64,000 nt of DNA, from assembly GCF_964355755.1 (NCBI RefSeq), contig NC_092676.1:10331888-10395887 (forward strand), in the 5' to 3' direction. Position 1 is the first letter of the stretch; each line of letters opens with the position of its first letter. The notes below the pieces were generated by a model. The model ran no database searches. It was given only the letters and a program-made list of their open reading frames with translations, and was not told the origin of the DNA. Positions 61,668 through 64,000 of the stretch are shown here, piece by piece. Source of the DNA: Antedon mediterranea (Eukaryota > Animalia > Echinodermata). The translations under genes and the position numbers were made by a program.

Positions 61668-64000
61668 ATGTACAGGATTAATTCGAGCTCCAGTGGTGAA
61701 GTATCGGATACTATACAAACACCGAAAAAAAAATAAATAAAACATTCCAAGCATTTTGGTTTTAATCCCAAGAGGGCCCGGTATGCTGCGGGACGAACGC
61801 AACCAAAACCGAAACGAAAACAAAGTCCTGTGGTTTCCAGCACATCTTTGAGTAGCAGTGTGGCCAGCATAGCGTCACTTCTTTCAGAATTAAGTCAAAC
61901 CAGCATCAGTTCAACTTCTAACCATGAGCATGACTTTCTCGCCGAGAATGCCGCATTCTCTTCTCCTGGAATGTCTTCTAACTCAGATGGTGGTGCTTTT
62001 AGTTGTAGTCCTAATAGTAGCAGTAGCAGCGAATCATCAGAATCGACGAGGTTTCGAGAGTCCTTACTTAGAAGTTTATTTCATGAATCTGACCACACAT
62101 ATTTAAGTTTTTACGTATCCGTTATTTTGTTTGTCATAAAGCATTCTTTAACCCAGGATGCATTTTCTGATTTGATCAAATTGCTAGTTTCTATTCTTCC
62201 TTCATCCTGCCAAGTTGCATCTTCACCCTACAAAGTTAGAAAATTGATTAAAGAGATCGCGACGTTTAAAGAGCCGGTTGAACAGCATTATTGCGAACGC
62301 TGTTATACTGAACTGGACAGAGGTATGCCGTGTGCATGTGGCGGCCAGATCATGACGTACCATACAATGAGCCTGGACAATCAGTTACAACAACTCTTTA
62401 AAGGTAGATGTTTGATTTAGTCTAATTTGAATTAATGTATTTTAACAGTTTTTTTTTTACATTTTATTAATGATAATCATCTGGTGTTTTGCACAAGGTC
62501 CGATGTATTTCAATATAAAGAATCGATACTACTAGGGTATCTTATAAACTTAAAATAAACCAATTTAATCCCACATCAATCAACCCGATCAGTTATTGTA
62601 GACCTATTGATTCATTAACTATCATTAAATTACATGTATGTATAATATTCTTTAGATAAGACGTTCTGCGACTTGATTAGGATGCAAAAGGATCTTAACA
62701 ATGGTACCGGTACATTAACAGATATCCGCGACGGAACAGAATACAAGCGCATTTCATCCATCTCGCCACTAAACACCAATGATGTATTAATAACCTTTAT
62801 ATTGAATACAGGTTTGTTGGGTTTTTTTTTCTAGAATATAAATGTTCTAAGATGTACAATTAAATTAATGCCCTCGTCCAAACAGTAAGTATTATACATA
62901 GACAAAACATATACCAGTTACATGTGTTGGTGAATGAATTATTGCTTGGTATAATAAGTTACGCGTGTTGTTATCTCTTTAGATGGCGTGAGTATATTCT
63001 CATCTTCGAAAAAAAGTCTGTGGCCAGTTTACTTGGCAATAAATGAATTGCCAGTCCAGCTGAGGTGAGATACCGTAACATTAAAACAGCAGCTGATTCA
63101 AGTTGACAAAGTCAATGTTATAATGAAATAATTTATAGATTATGGTCTTCTCTGGTCTGTATGATTACCCAAATACATAACCGAATCGCCAACAAAAAAA
63201 CATTTCTCTTTAAGCTAAAAAGGCTTCTATTATCCACATACAATCACTGACTCCTAAATAATATTAATCAAATTTCATTGATATTTTCAATCGGTTTCTT
63301 TTGTTTACTTTGTTTTTTTTTTTGTTTTTTTTTTTTAAATTAATTTGTACATTATTTTTTATTTTGGCAGCTTTTTAATTTTTTATCACAAACTCTGTAC
63401 ATTAAAAAGAAAAGAGAAATAAATGTTCTGAAATGAAATAAAATGAAATGTATACATTATCACATTTTTTAAAAGTGAGTACAAATAAAATACTGATACA
63501 AATGTATTATTCATCAGGTTTTCAAGGAAGTACATCATCCCATGCGACTTGTACTGCAGTGCAGAAAAACCCAACATGCAGATGTACTTATCAAAGCTGA
63601 TAAGGAATATTAAAGAGTATGATGAAGGTCCGGGTTTGTTTATTATAGTACAGATCTTTAGTTAAAGAAAGCATTTGAATTTATTAACAAAACAAATCTA
63701 TCTATCTTATTACAATGGGCCTGTCATTTGCAAATGTAATATGTGAGCCGAAATTATGTTAATGGTGTTCAGTTATCTTAATTTTTGTTGGATAAACATA
63801 ATTACATCACAGTACCTTACCGTATAGTATATTGATTCATGAATGATACAATATCATTATTTAGGCATTGAGATGATGACATTTTATGGGAGAAAAACGG
63901 TGAAGGCGAGACTATTGGCTGTGGCAGTGGACCTACCAGCAAAGGCAATCGTTGCTAATATGAAGCAGTATAATGGCAAGTTTGGCTGCCATATGTGCTT
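61668..64000 (+). CDS. Spliced EnSpm/CACTA Tnp2-family transposase (exons ~61668-62403, 62656-62811, 62983-63064, 63518-63633, 63865->64000)
   Basis: FVIKHSLTQDAFSDLIKLL, HYCERC..CAC, DIRDGTEY, LNTDGVSIFSSSKKSLWPVYLAINELP, AVDLPAKAIVANMKQYNGKFGCHMC. All splice phases agree; one in-frame TAA at 61734. Confidence 0.9.

Larger units (their letters stand above)
51677..64000. mobile_element. Large EnSpm/CACTA (CMC) element, left part; runs off the window
   Basis: CCC terminus after (AT)n, cgggatcccg subterminal array 51695-52290, BEN gene (-) and Tnp2-type transposase (+). Linkage is inferred; right TIR is outside the window. Confidence 0.65.

Overview
AT-rich eukaryotic (animal, marine-invertebrate-like) DNA made almost entirely of nested transposable elements; no intact host gene is recognisable. 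1-21.9 kb: at least two same-orientation (minus-strand), internally deleted Helentron/Helitron2-type units. They carry RepHel remnants (herpes-tegument-like and OTU protease domains, an 18-aa repeat, HUH Rep) and several paralogues of a spliced OB-fold/RPA-like gene, and are riddled with MITEs, SINEs and HINEs. 21.9-29.7 kb: a non-autonomous CCC..GGG EnSpm/CACTA-type element with palindromic subterminal repeats, BEN-domain exons and three nested TIR elements. 33-51 kb: remnants of Transib, KDZ-like, CACTA-like and MULE transposases, plus a HINE inserted into a copy of itself. 51.7-64 kb: the left part of a large EnSpm/CACTA element with a spliced, nearly intact Tnp2-type transposase (+) and a divergently transcribed spliced coiled-coil/Pro-repeat/BEN gene (-). 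That gene is interrupted by a young Gypsy LTR element, and a Penelope element with a hammerhead ribozyme sits upstream of its first found exon. Best candidate for a little-described system: animal CACTA elements pairing a BEN-domain accessory protein with element-specific palindromic subterminal arrays. All family calls come from motifs read by eye; no database search was run.
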